A stretch of 64,000 bases of DNA from an uncultured bacterium (GCA_965603725.1 CBFDEC010000006.1:5997-69996), one strand, 5' to 3'. Counted from the first letter of the stretch, positions 36,008 to 46,611 are shown. Numbers and translations: made by a program. Notes: a model not told the origin generated them from the letters alone.

Positions 36008-36181
36008 AGCCTTTATTTTATCTTCATGCCGTCAATTAGTCAATTTTAAAATGCATGTAAGTATTAATGCAATTTTACTTGACTATGCTTTTTTATTCGG
36101 GTATTAAACCGCTGTCATGTTTGCAGGCTTTTCAGTATATGAAATCAAGCAACCCGGAATAACTAACCGTGGGAGGTCATC

Positions 36182-37057
36182 TTGAAACGTGTATTTGTTT
36201 TTGGAATAATTTTCATAGTATTGTTTGCCATACTGATTATTTATATAACCGTTTCCCGGCAGGTCGATACTGATAAGCTGGCGCTGTCCGGGATGGTCGA
36301 GGCTGAGGAACTCAATATCTCTTTCAGAATTTCGGGATTAATCACAAACATGTATTTCAACGAGGGCGCAATTGTAGATTCGGGTTCTGTAGTGGCCGAG
36401 CTTGATCAAAGCGAACTAAAGGCCGCTCTTGACCAGGCCGGCAAAAACTATGAAGCTGCCCGGGCCGCTATAACCAATCTTGAGGTGAAAATCGAGACAA
36501 TAGATCGAAACCTTAATAAAATCAAAACGCTGATACCCGGCGGTGCGGCCACCCAATCCCAGTATGATGATCTGTTTGACCAGAAACGTCAGGTAGAAGC
36601 TCAACTGGAGTTTTCAAGGAAAAATCTGGAAGCGGCGAAGGCCGCCGTAGATATGGCGCGGATACGGCTTGAGTATGCGGTTTTGACCTCGTATTCAGAT
36701 GGCGCTGTTTTATCGCGCATGTTTAAACCGGGCGAGGTGGTCATGCCGGGCGCGCCGGTTATTACAATTGCCGATCTGGATGACTTAACCATTAAAGTAT
36801 TCCTGCCGGAAATTCATCTGGGAACAGTCAAACTTGGCCAGAAAGTTGAAATTCAAATCGATTCACATCCCGGCCAGTCTTTTCCGGGGGTGATTAAGCA
36901 TATCTCTGATAAGGCTGAATTTACTCCGAAAAATATTCAAACTAAAGAAGAAAGAGTAAAGCAGGTTTTTGCGGTGGAAATTTTCTCTACAAGTCAGGGC
37001 GGAATACTGAAGCCGGGACTGCCCTGCGATGTTGTAATATCTCTGCGGCAAAAATAA
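36182..37057 (+). CDS. HlyD-family periplasmic adaptor (membrane-fusion) subunit
   Basis: N-terminal TM anchor, coiled-coil segment, beta-barrel domain (..TIKVFLPEIHLGTVKLGQKVEIQIDSHPG..). 291 aa. First gene of a ybhGFSR-like cluster. Confidence 0.8.
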   Translation: MKRVFVFGIIFIVLFAILIIYITVSRQVDTDKLALSGMVEAEELNISFRISGLITNMYFNEGAIVDSGSVVAELDQSELKAALDQAGKNYEAARAAITNLEVKIETIDRNLNKIKTLIPGGAATQSQYDDLFDQKRQVEAQLEFSRKNLEAAKAAVDMARIRLEYAVLTSYSDGAVLSRMFKPGEVVMPGAPVITIADLDDLTIKVFLPEIHLGTVKLGQKVEIQIDSHPGQSFPGVIKHISDKAEFTPKNIQTKEERVKQVFAVEIFSTSQGGILKPGLPCDVVISLRQK

Positions 37058-37089
37058 TCTGCTGCTGAGCCTGCCTAAAATAAATATTT

Positions 37090-38001
37090 ATGATTGCAGT
37101 CAGCGTCAAAAATCTTAACAAGTCATTTGAAAAAGTAGCGGCGCTTCAGGGCGTCGAGTTTGAAGTTAATGAGGGCGAGGTTTTTGGCGTTCTTGGTCCC
37201 GATGGCGCCGGCAAGACTACCCTGTTGAGAATCTTAGCCGGCGTTATGACCGCTTCATCGGGTGAGGTCAATATACTCGGCAATAATGTAACCGCTGATA
37301 TGGAATCCGCCAAACAGTATATAGGATATCTTTCCCAGCGGTTTTCGCTTTATCCTGAATTAACGGTAACTGAAAATATCGATTTTTACAGCCGCCTGTT
37401 CAGGGTTGATAAATTTGAAAGCCGGAAGAGAAAAGAAAGACTGCTGGAGTTTTCCCGTCTTAGACCATATGTCAATAGAAGAGCCAAACATCTTTCCGGA
37501 GGCATGAAACAGAAACTGGCTTTGTCATGCGCCCTGGTTCATACGCCGAAGATTCTTATTCTGGATGAGCCGACGACCGGAGTCGACCCTATCTCGAGGC
37601 GAGAGTTCTGGAAAATATTGTACGACCTCCTGACTGAAGGAGTCACCATAATTTTTGCCACGCCATATATGGATGAAGCCGAAAGAGCAAGCCGTATCGC
37701 CCTGCTGTATGAGGGGAAAGTCCTATCATGCGACAAACCGGATAATTTAAAAGCCCGATACAGTTACAATCTTGTCGAACTTGTTTCAGACGATAACAGG
37801 CTTACCAGGAATGTATTGCAAAAAGTATTCAATGCCGAAAGCATGGTCTTCTTCGGAGATAAGCTTCATATCAAGTTGAAAGATTATGAGCAGGATTTAA
37901 CCATAATTAAGAAAACATTGGCTGAAGCGGGAGCTAACATTGTGTCAATCGATCGGATTGTGCCTGGTATGGAGGATGTTTTTATAGATGCCATTGCCTG
38001 A
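37090..38001 (+). CDS. ABC transporter ATP-binding protein (first NBD)
   Basis: Walker A GPDGAGKTT, signature LSGGMKQK, Walker B ILILDEPT. Confidence 0.9.
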   Translation: MIAVSVKNLNKSFEKVAALQGVEFEVNEGEVFGVLGPDGAGKTTLLRILAGVMTASSGEVNILGNNVTADMESAKQYIGYLSQRFSLYPELTVTENIDFYSRLFRVDKFESRKRKERLLEFSRLRPYVNRRAKHLSGGMKQKLALSCALVHTPKILILDEPTTGVDPISRREFWKILYDLLTEGVTIIFATPYMDEAERASRIALLYEGKVLSCDKPDNLKARYSYNLVELVSDDNRLTRNVLQKVFNAESMVFFGDKLHIKLKDYEQDLTIIKKTLAEAGANIVSIDRIVPGMEDVFIDAIA

Positions 38002-38917
38002 AAAGTCAGTTGAGGTTAAAAACCTTACCCGAACATTTGGCGATTTTACCGCTGTCGATGATATATCGTTTGAGGTATACAAAGGAGAGGTGTTCGGATT
38101 CCTTGGTCCCAACGGCGCCGGCAAGTCTACAACTATAAGAATGCTATGCGGCATCATTCCTCCCACTGCTGGAACAGGAACAGTGGGAGGCATTCCCTTG
38201 GAGGAAGGTAACAACAGAATTAAAACTATTGTCGGATACATGTCCCAGAGATTTTCTTTATATGAGGACTTGACCGCCTATGAAAACCTTGATTTCTATT
38301 CGGGAGTTTACCCGATACCCCGCAGTGATCGTAATAACAGGATTACCGAAGCTTTAGAAATTTCCGGGTTGACCGATCGGAAGGACCATCTCACAGGAAC
38401 GCTTGCGGGAGGCTTGAAACAAAGGCTGGCGTTGGCCTGTTCGCTACTTCACCGGCCGGAAATACTATTTCTCGATGAGCCGACTGCCGGCGTCGATCCG
38501 CTTTCACGCCGTAATTTCTGGGAGCTTATCTATCAGCTGTCAGAATCCGGAGTGACCGTATTTGTAACGACTCACTATATGGATGAAGCAGAACACTGCG
38601 ACCGGATAGCCTTTATCGCCAGCGGCAGGCTGATTAAAACCGAATCGCCTCAGGTCCTTAAACAATTGAGCGCAAAATTGTTAGAAATCGAATGCGGTGA
38701 TTGGGCAAAGGCTATGGATATCTTAACGGTTAATGAGGCAAAGGTCGGAGAATCTGCTTTGTTTGGGACAAAGATTCATCTATCGCCAAAACCCGGCGCT
38801 GAAAACATAGTAAAAGATATAATTGAATCATCGGGATGCGGACTTATTGCCATTAAGGAGGTGTCGCCCTCGCTTGAAGATATATTCGTATCGCTTTTGA
38901 GTCCGGAACAGGCATGA
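37988..38917 (+). CDS. ABC transporter ATP-binding protein (second NBD)
   Basis: Walker A GPNGAGKST, signature LAGGLKQR, Walker B ILFLDEPT. Confidence 0.9.
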   Translation: MPLPEKSVEVKNLTRTFGDFTAVDDISFEVYKGEVFGFLGPNGAGKSTTIRMLCGIIPPTAGTGTVGGIPLEEGNNRIKTIVGYMSQRFSLYEDLTAYENLDFYSGVYPIPRSDRNNRITEALEISGLTDRKDHLTGTLAGGLKQRLALACSLLHRPEILFLDEPTAGVDPLSRRNFWELIYQLSESGVTVFVTTHYMDEAEHCDRIAFIASGRLIKTESPQVLKQLSAKLLEIECGDWAKAMDILTVNEAKVGESALFGTKIHLSPKPGAENIVKDIIESSGCGLIAIKEVSPSLEDIFVSLLSPEQA

Positions 38918-40041
38918 GATTTAAGGCTGTCTTCATAAAAGAATCGATTCTGATAAGCCGTGACAAACGGGCTTTATTTTTGATAATATTTTTCCCGGTC
39001 TTTATGCTGGTCTTATATAGCTATGGAGTCACTTTCGATATTAAACATGTTCCGACCGCAGTCCTTGATTACAGCCGGAGTCCTGAATCACGGGACTTTG
39101 TTCAGAAGCTGGGTTCGTCTGAATATCTGGATGTTAAGTATATGGTCAACAATTATGACCAAATTCATAAGCTGTTTTTAAAAAGCAAATCTATTCTGGC
39201 GCTTATTATTCCTTCCGATTTTGATAAAAAGATTAACCTTGGAGAAAAAGCAAAAATACAGGTACTGGCCAATGGTTCTGACGCTAACACCGCCAGTGTC
39301 GCTCTGGGTTACCAGGCGGCTGTGATATCCTCATACAGTGTGGAATTAGTTCGTAAAAATATCTCCAGTCGGGGTCTGGCCTCTATGGTTGGTCCGGGTG
39401 TGTCTGAGAGAACGAGGATCTGGTATAATCCTGAGCTGAAATCAACTTACTTTATAGTTCCAGGAATTATTGCCGTGGTCATGATGCTTCTGGGTTCGCT
39501 TCTCACCTCGACCTCGATTGTCCGGGAAAAGGATACCGGCACAATCGAAATGCTGGTTTCAACTCCGATTAAGTCTTTAGAGCTGGTCATGGGTAAAATC
39601 CTGCCATATGTGATAATTTCATTTATCGATATAATTATTGTTATCGTATTGGGGCATTTTTTCCTCGGCGTGCCAATTAAAGGCAGCCTGTTATTATTGA
39701 CGCTCGGGGCTTTGCTATTTCTTGTCTGTGCTCTCGGTTTTGGGCTTTTGGCCTCGGCTGTTGCCAGTACTGTCAGTTCCTCTCAATTAATAGCGCTCTT
39801 TATCGGCTTGTTGCCGTCGGTTCTGCTTTCGGGATTTATTTTCCCTATCGAAAGCATGCCCAAAATTGTTCAGGCGATAACCTACATAGTGCCCGCTAAA
39901 TATTTCATTATTATTCTCAGGGGTATTTTTCTCAAGGGCGTCGGCATCGATGTATTATGGCCGCAAATATTATTCTTGTTTGTCTTCGGTACCGTTCTTT
40001 TAACGTTTTCCGCCTCGAAATTTGAAAAGAAGATTGGCTGA
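38914..40041 (+). CDS. ABC-2 family transporter permease
   Basis: N-terminal TM helix, large periplasmic loop, then 5 C-terminal TM helices (YbhS/YbhR-like architecture). 375 aa. Confidence 0.8.
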   Translation: MRFKAVFIKESILISRDKRALFLIIFFPVFMLVLYSYGVTFDIKHVPTAVLDYSRSPESRDFVQKLGSSEYLDVKYMVNNYDQIHKLFLKSKSILALIIPSDFDKKINLGEKAKIQVLANGSDANTASVALGYQAAVISSYSVELVRKNISSRGLASMVGPGVSERTRIWYNPELKSTYFIVPGIIAVVMMLLGSLLTSTSIVREKDTGTIEMLVSTPIKSLELVMGKILPYVIISFIDIIIVIVLGHFFLGVPIKGSLLLLTLGALLFLVCALGFGLLASAVASTVSSSQLIALFIGLLPSVLLSGFIFPIESMPKIVQAITYIVPAKYFIIILRGIFLKGVGIDVLWPQILFLFVFGTVLLTFSASKFEKKIG

Positions 40042-41165
40042 TGTGGTATAGGATTTTTCATATCACAAAAAAGGAATTTATCCAAACGCTTCGCGACAAG
40101 CGGGCTTTTGCGATAATAATGATAGCTCCCATTGTCCAGTTGTTAGTTTTCGGCTATGTCGCCACTACCGATATAAAAATGTCATCGGCGGTTGTCTGCG
40201 ATTACGATGGCACATCCAAAAGCCGCGAATTTATCAGGAAATTTTCAGCCTCGGGGTATTTTAATGATAAATATTATACGACCTCAACCAAGGAATTCGA
40301 TCGCTATATCGATTCCGGTAAAGCGGTAATAGGAATAACTATTCCAGCCGGTTTTCAAAAGATGCTGTTAAGGGGCAAACAGGCAACGGTCGGTTTTATT
40401 CTTGACGGCACGAACTCTAACCTGGCCACTATCTTAAGCGGCTACCTGCAGTTCATAACGGCAGATTATTCCCAGCAAATTAGCGGTGAATTTTCATCCC
40501 GGAAAGGTATAGTATTCGAGAAACCTGTAGAGGTTGAGCCGAGGATTTGGTTTAACCCTGATTTAAAATCGGTAAACTTCATGGTGCCGGGGGTGATGGG
40601 TATGCTGACCTTGATTGTTCTGTTAAATTTGACTTCCCTTTCAATTGTCAGGGAAAGGGAACTGGGGACAGCGGAGCAGCTTGTAGTTACCCCGATAAGA
40701 CCTCTCGAGCTGGTATTAGGCAAAACAATCCCGGCCGGTTTTGCCGGTTTTTTAGTCACAACATTGGTTTTAGTAGTTGGCCTGGTTTGGTTTAGGATAA
40801 ACTTCGAGGGTTCGGTATTTTTGCTGTATATTTTTGCCGGATTTTTCATGTTTTGTGCCATATCAATGGGGTTATTAATATCCACATATTCGCAAACTGG
40901 CGATCAGGCGATGTGGGCTAACCAGTTTTTCATAATGCCGAATATTCTGTTGTCGGGCTTTATTTTTCCGATAGATAATATGCCTGAGATTATCCAGTAT
41001 ATTACTTATGCTTTGCCGATGCGCTATTTTTTAAGGATTATCAGAGGGATATTTCTTCAGGGCGCTGGTTTTGTCGAACTGTGGCCTCAGGCGGCGGCTT
41101 TGTTAGGCTGGGGAGTGATTGTTGTAGTCCTGGCCGCCTTCAGATTAAGAAAACATATGGTATAA
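40041..41165 (+). CDS. ABC-2 family transporter permease (paralogue)
   Basis: Same architecture as the previous gene. 374 aa. Confidence 0.8.
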   Translation: MWYRIFHITKKEFIQTLRDKRAFAIIMIAPIVQLLVFGYVATTDIKMSSAVVCDYDGTSKSREFIRKFSASGYFNDKYYTTSTKEFDRYIDSGKAVIGITIPAGFQKMLLRGKQATVGFILDGTNSNLATILSGYLQFITADYSQQISGEFSSRKGIVFEKPVEVEPRIWFNPDLKSVNFMVPGVMGMLTLIVLLNLTSLSIVRERELGTAEQLVVTPIRPLELVLGKTIPAGFAGFLVTTLVLVVGLVWFRINFEGSVFLLYIFAGFFMFCAISMGLLISTYSQTGDQAMWANQFFIMPNILLSGFIFPIDNMPEIIQYITYALPMRYFLRIIRGIFLQGAGFVELWPQAAALLGWGVIVVVLAAFRLRKHMV

Positions 41166-41203
41166 TTTGGGGAATAAATCATCAGTTTAAAGCGTATAAT
41201 ATT

Positions 41204-41452
41204 ATGAAAAAAATAGGTGATACTGAAACACGAACAGGCCGAACTATTTACAGATGGCTGTCATACCTCGTGGCTGTAACATTTATACTGATGGGGATTG
41301 GAATCCTGACTAAAATACTATTGTCCGAACCGTTCTTGATACACTCGTCTCAGAGGCTCATACTGGGAGGCGTGATTTTGGTTTACGGAACAGCCCGGCT
41401 AATAACCTTATATTTGAAAGGAAGAAAAGACAGATTTGATAAAAATAATTAG
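41204..41452 (+). CDS. Small membrane protein (82 aa), hypothetical
   Basis: MKKIGDTETRTGRTIYRWLSYLVAVTFILMGIGIL... with two TM helices. The ORF-track start 41081 overlaps the upstream permease, so the start was moved to the ATG at 41204. Confidence 0.4.
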   Translation: MKKIGDTETRTGRTIYRWLSYLVAVTFILMGIGILTKILLSEPFLIHSSQRLILGGVILVYGTARLITLYLKGRKDRFDKNN

Positions 41453-41561
41453 CAGGAAAAACTTTCAACCCAAAAAAAGACTTGACTATACGGCATTATT
41501 TCGTATGTTTATGATTTGATTTTTTTGAGGAGGGTGAAAGCTTAATTTTATCGGCAACTTT

Positions 41562-43262
41562 ATGGTCGCTGAGTGGAGGATGGCAGTGTTCAGGAAAGCA
41601 ATTATATTTATCACGGTCATTTTGACTGCTGGTTTGGTTTTTGCGGCCTCAACAAGTAAGATAATTAAAGAAGCGGAAAAACTGATTGAAACGGGAGATT
41701 TAATTTCTGCTGAAAGCCTGCTGGATTCTGCATTGATCGACTCTCCTGAGGATTACAAGCTATTACGCACTATGGGCAAAATCCTCCATCAAAAAGAGGA
41801 ATATTCTCAAGCGCTTGAATATTTCGAAAAAGCCATACAGCATAAATCAAAAGATCATGAATCATTATTTGGCGCCGGAATGGTATCATTGCAATTGGGC
41901 GAGAGCCAAAAAGCTCTGGATTATTTTGAAAAAGGGCTAAAAACCAAAAAGAACAAAGACGGTTTTCTTTACGGTAAGGCTTTAGCCCTGATGAAGATAG
42001 GGGATTTAGCCGAGGCTGATGCCGCAATTAGAAAAGCTATCAGTAAAGATAAGAAAAATGCTTTATATCACAAGGTACTGGGACATGTAAATTTTAATAA
42101 GCAGGTTTGGTCTATTGCTATCATGGAATATGAAGAGGCTCTGGAACTTGATTCAACTAATACGGATTTGTACTATAAACTTGCCCGGGCACAATTCTTC
42201 TCAATAAATTTTAATGAAGCCGTTAATTATTACCGAAAATACCTTAAAATGGCCCCGGCGGATATAACTGCCTGGCAGGAACTGGGGATTATTTATGAAA
42301 AGTCCAACAATCCCTCAGAGGCAATATTCTGCTATAATAAACTTACCGAACTTATCCCTGATGATGGCGACAACTGGTTCGCACTTGGCGATCTTCAATA
42401 TAAACTGCGAGCTCATGAGGATGCCGGCGTTTCATTAGAGAAAGCGGTTGAACTCGGTTCGCATGTGGCAGAGGCTTATAAAATGCTGGCCAAAATCTAT
42501 CAACTTCGGAAAGAATATTTTAAAGCCGACAGCGCCTATACACGGTTTGAGCAGGAACTCGGCGCGCCGGATGATCCGGAATACTGGTTTGATAAGGGCA
42601 AGGTCATGTTAAAGATCGGTCAAAAAGACGCCTCGTTTTTTCAAAAGGCGGTTCAAGCATTCGATAAAGCAATCGAGCTGGATACCGCAAGCGCTACTTA
42701 CTGGGAGCATGGCGGGCTGGCATTGTATTCTAAAAAGGATTATGCCGGCGCTATACCATTCTTTATAAAGAGAATTGAACTGGGCGGCGAAAATGTCAAC
42801 TCACTCCGCAACTTGGCTTTTTGCTTTCTTAAAACTGAAAAATATGAGCAAGCAGCTGCATATCTGGAGAAAGCAATAGCTTTGAAGCCTGAAGATGCGG
42901 TTATGCGTCAGATGATCGGCAAAATATATGTCTTCCTGGCTAAAGAAGCCGATGCCATCAAGCACTATAATGTGGCATTGAAAGACACCACCGGCGCTCT
43001 TTCGGCTGCAGACAAATGCAAAATTCGCGGCGATATCGGCTATTGTTATGTGGTAATGCGCGAGCCTCAAAAAGCTATCCCGCAATTGGAAAAGGCAATC
43101 AAATGCGATGCGAAGAATGTCGATTATTTATATAACCTGGCCAGTTCATACCATCTCGATAATAAACTGGAACTGGCAAATGAATATTATAATAGCGTAC
43201 TGGATATAAATCCAAGTCATAAGGGGGCAAAAGAAGGAGCTTTAAGAACTACTACTCGATAG
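41562..43262 (+). CDS. Tetratricopeptide-repeat (TPR) protein, membrane-anchored or secreted
   Basis: N-terminal hydrophobic segment, then many 34-aa TPR-like repeats (..AxxxYxxALxxxP..). 566 aa. Confidence 0.75.
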   Translation: MVAEWRMAVFRKAIIFITVILTAGLVFAASTSKIIKEAEKLIETGDLISAESLLDSALIDSPEDYKLLRTMGKILHQKEEYSQALEYFEKAIQHKSKDHESLFGAGMVSLQLGESQKALDYFEKGLKTKKNKDGFLYGKALALMKIGDLAEADAAIRKAISKDKKNALYHKVLGHVNFNKQVWSIAIMEYEEALELDSTNTDLYYKLARAQFFSINFNEAVNYYRKYLKMAPADITAWQELGIIYEKSNNPSEAIFCYNKLTELIPDDGDNWFALGDLQYKLRAHEDAGVSLEKAVELGSHVAEAYKMLAKIYQLRKEYFKADSAYTRFEQELGAPDDPEYWFDKGKVMLKIGQKDASFFQKAVQAFDKAIELDTASATYWEHGGLALYSKKDYAGAIPFFIKRIELGGENVNSLRNLAFCFLKTEKYEQAAAYLEKAIALKPEDAVMRQMIGKIYVFLAKEADAIKHYNVALKDTTGALSAADKCKIRGDIGYCYVVMREPQKAIPQLEKAIKCDAKNVDYLYNLASSYHLDNKLELANEYYNSVLDINPSHKGAKEGALRTTTR

Positions 43263-43270
43263 GAGCATAA

Positions 43271-43969
43271 ATGGCTAAACAGGAAAAAATAAACCCGGAG
43301 GAACTGCGCTATAACTACATTGGCTTCGATGTTGCACCCGGCAAAATAAAAGAATTCTGGGCTTCGGAGGAGGAAAAGAAAAGCTATATAGAAAAAATCC
43401 GAGCCAGGTTCGGCAAGCAGCACACAATTGAACGTGATTTCTCGATGGTAAACGCCAAGCAGATAAGTAAAGCCGACCGGATTGTCATATCTTTTGCCTC
43501 TGCTTTGATGATTATCTCTTTAATACTGCCATATTACAGCTTTGAGGCTTTCGGCAGCGCCGTTATGGGAAGTCCCATTAGCTATATACTTAATCTGGGT
43601 TATATCAGTAACTTTGTCGCCTGGGGAAGCTTTGTTATGATGTTAATTCTTGCTCTTTCAGTAATCATGATATTGCTCAGCCCGATAATTGGCGTAATCA
43701 ATCTTGTAGCTTTGAATACGAGTTTGGAGAGTAAAAATTATTTTGCCCGGCTAAAGAGAGTCGGTAAGCTAAATTTATTGGCTTTAATTTTATATTTATT
43801 GCTTTTTGCTTTAATAGCCACAGGGCAGGCAAATCCTTTTGGTTCTCTGGGCATTGAGGCTTTGAGTGAAAATCTCTCATTATTGAGCCTCTTAGGTTTA
43901 TCCAGTTTCAGTTTATGGCTGAACATTGGGGCTCATTTTCTGGGAATGATTCCGGCAATGGAACTTTAA
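43271..43969 (+). CDS. Hypothetical integral membrane protein
   Basis: Soluble N-terminus followed by about 5 TM helices. 232 aa. Confidence 0.45.
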   Translation: MAKQEKINPEELRYNYIGFDVAPGKIKEFWASEEEKKSYIEKIRARFGKQHTIERDFSMVNAKQISKADRIVISFASALMIISLILPYYSFEAFGSAVMGSPISYILNLGYISNFVAWGSFVMMLILALSVIMILLSPIIGVINLVALNTSLESKNYFARLKRVGKLNLLALILYLLLFALIATGQANPFGSLGIEALSENLSLLSLLGLSSFSLWLNIGAHFLGMIPAMEL

Positions 43970-44001
43970 TAATTAATCATAACACTCATAGGAGGATTTA
44001 A

Positions 44002-44733
44002 GTGAAACAGTCAGTATTTTTCTTCATCCTGCTGATAATATCAGTCGGCACCGGATATGTCATCTGGGCATTTATGCTTCCGGTTTATCTTCGTGAGGGC
44101 GGTCCGCTGGTTGCCGGTTTGATTGCCATGCTGGTCATGCTCATGGGCTTTATTATAGAACGGAGCTTAACTCTGAGAATTGCCCGTGGTACATCATCGG
44201 TTCAGGCTTTCTTCAAGAAAGTGGTGACAATGCTTAATTCCGATGATTACGAAGGAGCAATTGCAGCCTGTGACAAACAGCGGGGAAGCGTTGCCAATAT
44301 CATCAGGGCAGGTATTGAAAGGTATAATGCTGTAAAAGATGATTCGGAACTTGACGGCGAGAAAAAGATTGAGGAAACTCAGCGCGCCATCGATGAGGCT
44401 AATGCGCTTGAAGTGCCGCTTTTGGAGCGTAACCTGATTGCTTTATCGACAATCGCTTCAATTGCTACTATGTGGGGTCTGCTGGGGACTACCATCGGTA
44501 TGATCCGGGCGTTTTCTGCAACCGGCCATCGTAAAGGCGGCGTCATTGACGCTCAGCAGTTGGCAGTCGGTATTTCCGAGGCGCTGGTTAATACTGCCGG
44601 CGGTCTGGCTAACGCAATTGTCGGGATCATTGCTTACAACGTTTTCGTCAATAAAGTCGATACTTTCAACTATACAATAGATGAAGCCTCTTATGAGGTC
44701 ATTCAGTTGTTAAAAGAGAAAGAAGGCGCTTGA
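44002..44733 (+). CDS. exbB: MotA/TolQ/ExbB proton-channel family protein
   Basis: Three TM helices with the conserved C-terminal TM2/TM3 region (..LGLLGTTIGMIRAF..). 243 aa. Confidence 0.85.
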   Translation: MKQSVFFFILLIISVGTGYVIWAFMLPVYLREGGPLVAGLIAMLVMLMGFIIERSLTLRIARGTSSVQAFFKKVVTMLNSDDYEGAIAACDKQRGSVANIIRAGIERYNAVKDDSELDGEKKIEETQRAIDEANALEVPLLERNLIALSTIASIATMWGLLGTTIGMIRAFSATGHRKGGVIDAQQLAVGISEALVNTAGGLANAIVGIIAYNVFVNKVDTFNYTIDEASYEVIQLLKEKEGA

Positions 44734-45206
44734 TGGCAGGTAGACCAAAAAGGAGAGTCGGTATCTTAATCGACATGACTCCCATGGTCGATATTGCTTT
44801 CCTGCTGTTAATTTTCTATATGGCGACTACCCAGTTTAAACCGCCGGAAAAAGAGAGTGTGTCTTTGCCTTTGTCTCACTCAGAGATCAAGGTGCCGGAT
44901 AAGGGCATCATTAATATTACTGTTAATGAGTATGATGCTATTTTCGTAGAATATATCACCAAGCATCCTGAATCCGGCGAGATTATCCGAGAATCTCCTG
45001 AAGTTACTTTCCGCACTTTAAATTATGAATTAACGATGGCCAGAGTCAAACTGGGCAACCCGGAGATTATTGTCAAAGCCGATCGAGAATGCAGCTATGG
45101 GGCTATACGAAGTCTCATGGCTACGCTTCAAGATGTAGATATCGACCATTTTTCGTTGATGACGGATATGAAAATCGATTATATAGTGGAAGAACCGTCA
45201 TCATGA
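44730..45206 (+). CDS. exbD: ExbD/TolR biopolymer transport protein
   Basis: INMTPMVDIAFLLLIFYM is the signature TM segment. 158 aa. Confidence 0.85.
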   Translation: MMAGRPKRRVGILIDMTPMVDIAFLLLIFYMATTQFKPPEKESVSLPLSHSEIKVPDKGIINITVNEYDAIFVEYITKHPESGEIIRESPEVTFRTLNYELTMARVKLGNPEIIVKADRECSYGAIRSLMATLQDVDIDHFSLMTDMKIDYIVEEPSS

Positions 45207-45221
45207 AGGAGGTGAAGTCAA

Positions 45222-45824
45222 ATGGGTGTTGTTGATGTAGCAGCAAGAGAACCCAAAGCAAAAAAAGGCGGTAAACTAAAACGCCCGAAAAGGCGTACCG
45301 GCATCCGTATCGATATGACTCCCATGGTGGATATTGCTTTCCTGTTGCTGATATTTTATATGGTCACTACGGTGTTTTCGATGCCCCAATCGATGGAGAT
45401 CAATTTGCCTCCTAAACCGAAAGAGGGTGAAGCGCCGCCGATTCCTATTGCTAAATCAAGGCTCATGGAAATACTTGTTGATTCCCAGGGTAATATTTTT
45501 TGGATGCATACTCCTAAAGGGCAGGACGATATGAAAATGCCTGAATATATCGAACTAAACAGGTTGCGGAATTTCCTCATCAAGAAAAATCAGGATGTTG
45601 CCAAGCTTGTTACCGTGTTGCGTATTGACCCGGAATGTCGATATGAATCAATGGTGAGTATCATTGATGAGATCCAGGTAGTTGAGAGGTTGTTCAAACA
45701 GGCAGATCCTGCGTGGTCTTACAGGTTCAGTCTTCAGGATATGACCCAGTGGGAATTTCAGCTGATGGAACAAGCAAAAGAGGCAATGGGCATGGTTGCT
45801 CCTGCAGAGGAGGAAACGTTATGA
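45222..45824 (+). CDS. exbD: ExbD/TolR biopolymer transport protein (second copy)
   Basis: IDMTPMVDIAFLLLIFYMVTT. 200 aa. Confidence 0.85.
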   Translation: MGVVDVAAREPKAKKGGKLKRPKRRTGIRIDMTPMVDIAFLLLIFYMVTTVFSMPQSMEINLPPKPKEGEAPPIPIAKSRLMEILVDSQGNIFWMHTPKGQDDMKMPEYIELNRLRNFLIKKNQDVAKLVTVLRIDPECRYESMVSIIDEIQVVERLFKQADPAWSYRFSLQDMTQWEFQLMEQAKEAMGMVAPAEEETL

Positions 45825-46561
45825 ACAAAGCATTATCCCTATTGGCAGGTTATGGGGCTTTTGAGCTTAAGCGAGCCTATCGTAAGAACATGTTTATAGG
45901 CATGGTTGCAGCCAGCGCCTTGCATCTTGTGATAATTGGCAGTATCGTTTTAATCAACTATCTTTCGTCAAAACCGCCGGAGGCGGTTGGAACGATTGTT
46001 TTGAAGACAACTGCCGACTTGGGCGCTCCGCCGACATTATCGGCCAAGGATATTCCGATCAGAGTGGCCGCTCCAGAACGAGCGCAGCCATCCGTTGGTG
46101 TGCCAACGCCTGTACCAGATGAGGAGGCGCCTGAAGAGGTCGAGATGGCAACTATGGATGACCTCGCCGCCATGGCAGCGCCGCCGCCTATTATGGACCT
46201 GGATGATGCTGGCGATAAGGATATCATTATTGAGGACTTAGGGGATTTATTGCCGTCTCCTGATGAATTTATTGCCTATGAGGAAGAGCCCACACAGATT
46301 GTAGCAGTTCGGCCCGATTATCCCGAAATGGCTCGACGGGCTCAGATTGAAGGCAGCGTCTGGGTTAAGGCGCTGATTGATAAAAAGGGCAAGGTTCGGG
46401 ATGTGATTATTCTTAAGGATTCCGGCGCCAATGCGGGCTTTGAGGAAGCCGCTATTAATGCGGCAATGAAAACCGAATGGAAACCGGCTATCTCAAATGG
46501 CCAGCCTGTGGCTGTTTGGGTCTCTTATAAAATTGTTTTCGTTTTGACTTCAGGCAAATAA
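45821..46561 (+). CDS. tonB: TonB-family energy transducer
   Basis: ATGA overlap with the exbD stop. TM anchor, Pro/Ala-rich spacer, and a C-terminal TonB domain (YPEMARRAQIEGSVWVKALIDKKGKVRDVIILKDSG...). The ORF-track start 45713 was rejected. Confidence 0.8.
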   Translation: MNKALSLLAGYGAFELKRAYRKNMFIGMVAASALHLVIIGSIVLINYLSSKPPEAVGTIVLKTTADLGAPPTLSAKDIPIRVAAPERAQPSVGVPTPVPDEEAPEEVEMATMDDLAAMAAPPPIMDLDDAGDKDIIIEDLGDLLPSPDEFIAYEEEPTQIVAVRPDYPEMARRAQIEGSVWVKALIDKKGKVRDVIILKDSGANAGFEEAAINAAMKTEWKPAISNGQPVAVWVSYKIVFVLTSGK

Positions 46562-46580
46562 AAATCAAGCTCTTGCTTAG

Positions 46581-46611
46581 CCCGGCTGAGAAAATCAGCC
46601 GGGTTTTTTTA
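46581..46611 (+). terminator. Rho-independent terminator after tonB
   Basis: CCCGGCTGA-GAAAA-TCAGCCGGG followed by T8. Confidence 0.8.

Noticed and set aside
41081-41203. ORF-track start of the small membrane ORF at 41081
   Set aside because: It overlaps the last 85 nt of the ABC-2 permease gene. An internal ATG at 41204 gives a plausible stand-alone 82-aa protein.
45713-45820. ORF-track start of the tonB gene at 45713
   Set aside because: That start overlaps the exbD coding region in another frame. The ATG at 45821 gives a typical TonB TM anchor and an ATGA overlap with the exbD stop.
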